From an uncultured Acidobacteriota bacterium (lineage in GTDB: Bacteria; Acidobacteriota; UBA6911): DNA of 64,000 bases. The notes under the pieces are model-generated. The model was not told the origin of the DNA. It made no database searches and worked only from the letters and a program-made list of their open reading frames with translations. Below are positions 60,717 through 64,000 of this stretch, piece after piece. Made by a program: the position numbers and the translations under genes. The stretch covers positions 96,001 to 160,000 of the forward strand of contig CAWEJX010000004.1 in the NCBI GenBank assembly GCA_963809485.1. The letters run 5' to 3'. How positions within the stretch are numbered: the stretch's first letter is position 1; each line of letters opens with the position of its first letter.

Positions 60717-61038
60717 CGGGTGTATCCTCCTATCGCCTGCAATTTTATTGGCGCACAGAAACACGCACCGCTTATGGCTCCCTTGCCAACTTTTCGACTA
60801 TTGCATCCCCTCTCAACCTATTGCCGCATCGCATAGCTCGCTCAGATTGGCGGCGGTGACAGCGCGCCCTTCTCGGGCAACAACGTCAAGGAACGGCAGG
60901 GGCGTTATCGGGCTCCACTGAAAATCTGTTTCTGTTTGACAATATTATCTGCGGCGGTGTCCATTTGCGTGAGTTGTACGCGCCGCTACTAATGGTGATT
61001 TTAAGCTAGTCGATTTGTCAACTCGTTGTCAAGAAAAT

Positions 61039-61058
61039 ATGTCACAAATATGTGACAT
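61039..61058. promoter_or_regulatory. perfect palindrome ATGTCACA-AATA-TGTGACAT
   Basis: 8-bp inverted repeat in the divergent promoter region. Confidence 0.55.
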
Positions 61059-61373
61059 GGAAGTGACCCGGGCGGCAAAACTATGCTATAGTTGTCGCGT
61101 CGTGGGGAATCTCCAGACCAGGCGCTTTTATCTAACATATTGCCTAATACCAGACGCGGCCGGGAATCCGTGGAGGGAGATCTCCGTTCTATGCAGGCGG
61201 CCTGTGAATCATGTTTTGGACAAAGCGGCGGCAGGCTGCCGCATCCCAAACCATCTATAATTTTTTTATAATTTTTTTCGGAGGTTGTGATTCCCGATGT
61301 GGTTGAAGAAAGCCTGACGCACTAAAAACACAGCTATGGACCAACAGGATCAAAAATCAGGAAAGGGCGGCTT

Positions 61374-63161
61374 ATGAAAAACAGAGCAAGTTGTTTGCTG
61401 ATAGGGATCTTTTGGGTGACGGCCCTTTTGTCGGAATCGCTTTGGGCCGCGGATATTACAAAGATCACGGTGCTGAATCCGCGAGGCGTTCAGCCCCCGA
61501 TACGCTTGATACCCATGGCTCCCCGCCTCGATACATTGGATGGGAAGACGATCTACGTCGTGGATACCAAGTATCCGTTGACAAGGCCATTCGTACAGGA
61601 AGTCTTCAATGTGCTCAAGGAGAGGTATCCAAAAACAAACTGGATATTCCGGGACAAAATCGGCAGCTATTTTGATGATGATCCCAAGCTTTGGGCCGAG
61701 ATCAAGGAGAAAGGCCACGGCATGGTTATGGCCGTCGGGCATTGAAGCACCTGCTCGCCGGCGGTCGCCGGCCATTGTATCTCGGTTGAGAAGTTGGGTG
61801 TGCCAAGTGCCCCCATCATTACCGAAAGGTTTCAGGACCTTGTCCGGACCATTTCATGGAAGAAGGGGGTGCCGAACATGCGCTTTACATTTGTTCCGCA
61901 TCCCGTTGCAGGCAAAGCCGCCGACATTTGCCGTCGATACTTGCTGGGCAACGATCCGCTGACAGGAAAGCCGGTTGTGGACGAACTTGTGGCGGCCTTG
62001 ACGCGACCGCTGTCCGCGGACGACATGAAGAAGGGATTTCTGACAAGAGATCCGCGGCCGAGAATGCTGAAACCTGATACCGCAGCAAACCTGGAAAAGC
62101 TATTCAATGACAGTCTGTGGACGGACGGGCTTCCTATTGTGCTTCCGACAGAAGACAAAGTCGCCGAGATGCTCAGGGCCACCAGTCACAAGGCGGATGA
62201 GACCGTAGGCACGATGCGTCCGTCGCCTCCGCACGAAGCGTGGGAATACACGGTCGAAATGGTTGCGGCCAACGCGGTGATGGCGGGAGCAAAGCCCGAA
62301 TATTTTCCGGTTATCCTGGCCCTGGCCTCAACGGGAGTGACCTCGCTTTTCACATCTACGACGTCTTTTGCCCGGATGATGGTGCTGAACGGGCCGATCA
62401 TCCAGCAGATCAATATGAACACAGGCATTGGAGCCATGGGACCTTTCAATCAGGCTAATGCCACGATTGGAAGAGCCTGGACGCTAATATCCAAGAACCT
62501 GGGCGGAGGAGGGGTTCCCGGCGAAACCTATTTGGGCAGCCAGGGCAGCAATCTCAATTACAACAATCTGTGTTATCCGGAAACGGAAGATGGCTTGCCT
62601 GCCGGGTGGAACCCTCTCCACGTGCAAAAGGGTTTCAAAAAGAACGACAGCGTCGTGAGCACCTTCACGGGCTGGAGCATCAGCAACTATGGCGGCTACA
62701 TAAGCCTGCCGCACAACGAAATCATGAAGTGGCAGCTGCAAAACTTTTTCACGAGCGGGACCGGAAGCAATGGGTCGGCTACTCTCCTGTTGGATCCCGT
62801 GGTCGCCAGAGACCTGAAGGATAGGTTTGACACAAAAGAAAAACTGGTCGAATGGCTCGCTCAAAATGCCACGACGCCGGCCTGGCATTACTGGGCTCGG
62901 GGAGAAGATCAGCTGAAACAGGCAAAATCGGGGGTCGAACCTTTTGCGTCCTATCTGAAATTGGGGGAGATTGCGTCATTGCCCGTTTCGCCCTTCCTCC
63001 GGAGGCCTATGGCTGCGAAGACTCCATCTCAAGGCAAGCCGCCCGACGGCCCTCCGCGCTCCCCGATCGAGATCATTGTGGTGGGAGGAGGCACGAATGC
63101 CTTCTGGGTTGCGGGAGACTTCAGCTATGTCTCCAGTGCTTCCGTCGACAAGTGGAGGTAA
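61374..63161 (+). CDS. exported UGSC-like selenoprotein (595 aa, Sec124, AVGH-U-STC)
   Basis: ORFs 61374..61745 and 61794..63161 are in frame across TGA 61743-61745; signal peptide ending SLWA; SECIS-like hairpin. Confidence 0.9.
61757..61772 (+). promoter_or_regulatory. bacterial SECIS-like hairpin GCCGGC-GGTC-GCCGGC
   Basis: 11 nt after the UGA; perfect 6-bp stem; loop starts with G. Confidence 0.78.
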
Positions 63162-63281
63162 CGCGCCGCAGCGAAATTCGCCCACGGAATATCCTGTGGT
63201 TTTGAGTTTCCCTATGGAGTCGCAGTGCTGACGGTAATGCACGCGGTTCATGTCCATTTTTCGTTCAAAGGAGATCAGATC

Positions 63282-64000
63282 ATGAAAAAGAGGATCGGTT
63301 GGCCGGCATTCGCAGTTTGTCTCCTTGCCTGCCTTGTTATTTCGTGCACCCAAAATCCGGAACAGCGGACGCTTACGGTCTTGAATCCTGTCGGCTCGGC
63401 TTCTCCGACTCCGCTGATCCCGATGGCGCCTCGCCTGGATACGCTGGAAGGAAAGACCATCTATATCGTGGATGTGATGTATCCGCTCACTCATCAGCTA
63501 TTCGAAGAAATGCAGAAAGTGCTGTCCGAAAAATACCCCAAGACGAACTGGGTGGTCAAAAGCAAGGCGGGCACCTACTTTGATAATGACCCTAAACTGT
63601 GGGAAGAAGTCAAGGCGCAAGCCCAGGGAATGATCATAGGCGTCGGCCATTGAAGCAGCTGCACGCCGGCGGTCGCCAGCCATGCTATTACGGTCGAGAA
63701 ACTTGGAGTGCCCACAGCCCCCATCGTCACCAGTCGATTTCAGGATGTCTCAGAAGCCACTGCCGCCAGCAAGGGCATGCCCCGGGCACGATTCACTTAT
63801 ATCCATCACCCGGTTTCGAACAAGCCTGCGGCGGAGTGCCGAAAATACATCGAGGGCAACGATCCTTTGACCGGCAAACCGGTGGTTGAGGAGATTGTAG
63901 CCGCTCTAACCAAACCATTATCGGATGAGGATAAAAAGACCGGGTTCGTGGAAAAACCTCGGGAAAGGCTGCTAAAACCCGATACAGCGCAGAATCTGGA
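63282..64000 (+). CDS. lipoprotein UGSC-like selenoprotein (Sec124, GVGH-U-SSC), runs off the window
   Basis: lipobox-like LVISC; TGA 63651-63653; the frame stays open (SSCTPAVASHAITVEKLGVP...KPDTAQNL) and aligns with the upstream paralog. Confidence 0.88.
63665..63680 (+). promoter_or_regulatory. bacterial SECIS-like hairpin GCCGGC-GGTC-GCCAGC
   Basis: 11 nt after the UGA; same loop as the 61757 hairpin; one C-A mismatch. Confidence 0.7.

Noticed and set aside
60717-61020. Cobalamin or other riboswitch upstream of the TonB receptor
   Set aside because: No B12-box or other recognisable aptamer consensus; only weak partial stems
12317-63653. The three 123-142 aa ORFs ending in GH-stop as separate small proteins or nonsense pseudogenes
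   Set aside because: The same TGA at the homologous codon in three divergent paralogs, the in-frame continuation, the UxxC motif and the conserved hairpin argue for recoding
1-64000. Genome-wide reassignment of UGA (genetic code 4 or 25)
   Set aside because: TGA ends many ordinary genes at their expected C-termini (e.g. gntR 1595, cusB 38876, cusA 42583, ntrC 44898), so read-through must be site-specific

Overview
A 64 kb window of moderately GC-rich bacterial chromosome. It is most likely from an anaerobic Acidobacteriota member, inferred from the Oar-like TonB-dependent receptor, the NHL-repeat secreted protein and many Tat/Fe-S enzymes. It holds mostly accessory metabolic genes, a sigma54/NtrC-controlled Cus-type heavy-metal efflux cluster (35.6-46.0 kb) and a sulfur amino-acid operon (metY-metXW-rrf2-cysK-moeB-csd, 46.0-53.0 kb). 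The main hidden signal is a paralogous family of exported selenoproteins that the ORF track splits in two. Three genes (12727-11048 minus, 61374-63161, 63282->end) each carry an in-frame TGA in the motif G-x-G-H-U-S-x-C. Each TGA is followed exactly 11 nt downstream by the same GCCGGC-NGTY SECIS-like hairpin, and each protein has a signal or lipoprotein peptide. A fourth, cytoplasmic paralog (25619-27379) has lost both the Sec and the Cys. Two of the selenoprotein genes lie in tandem, divergent from the TonB-dependent receptor. Other signals are a family of non-autonomous IS200/IS605-type elements with a large internal hairpin (one copy abuts the cusA start codon), a duplicated leaderless-type promoter module, an internally deleted molybdoenzyme gene and a candidate pseudoknotted leader RNA. 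Eight single-base (+1) frameshifts probably reflect assembly errors. No rRNA, tRNA (including tRNA-Sec), selABD genes or CRISPR array was seen.
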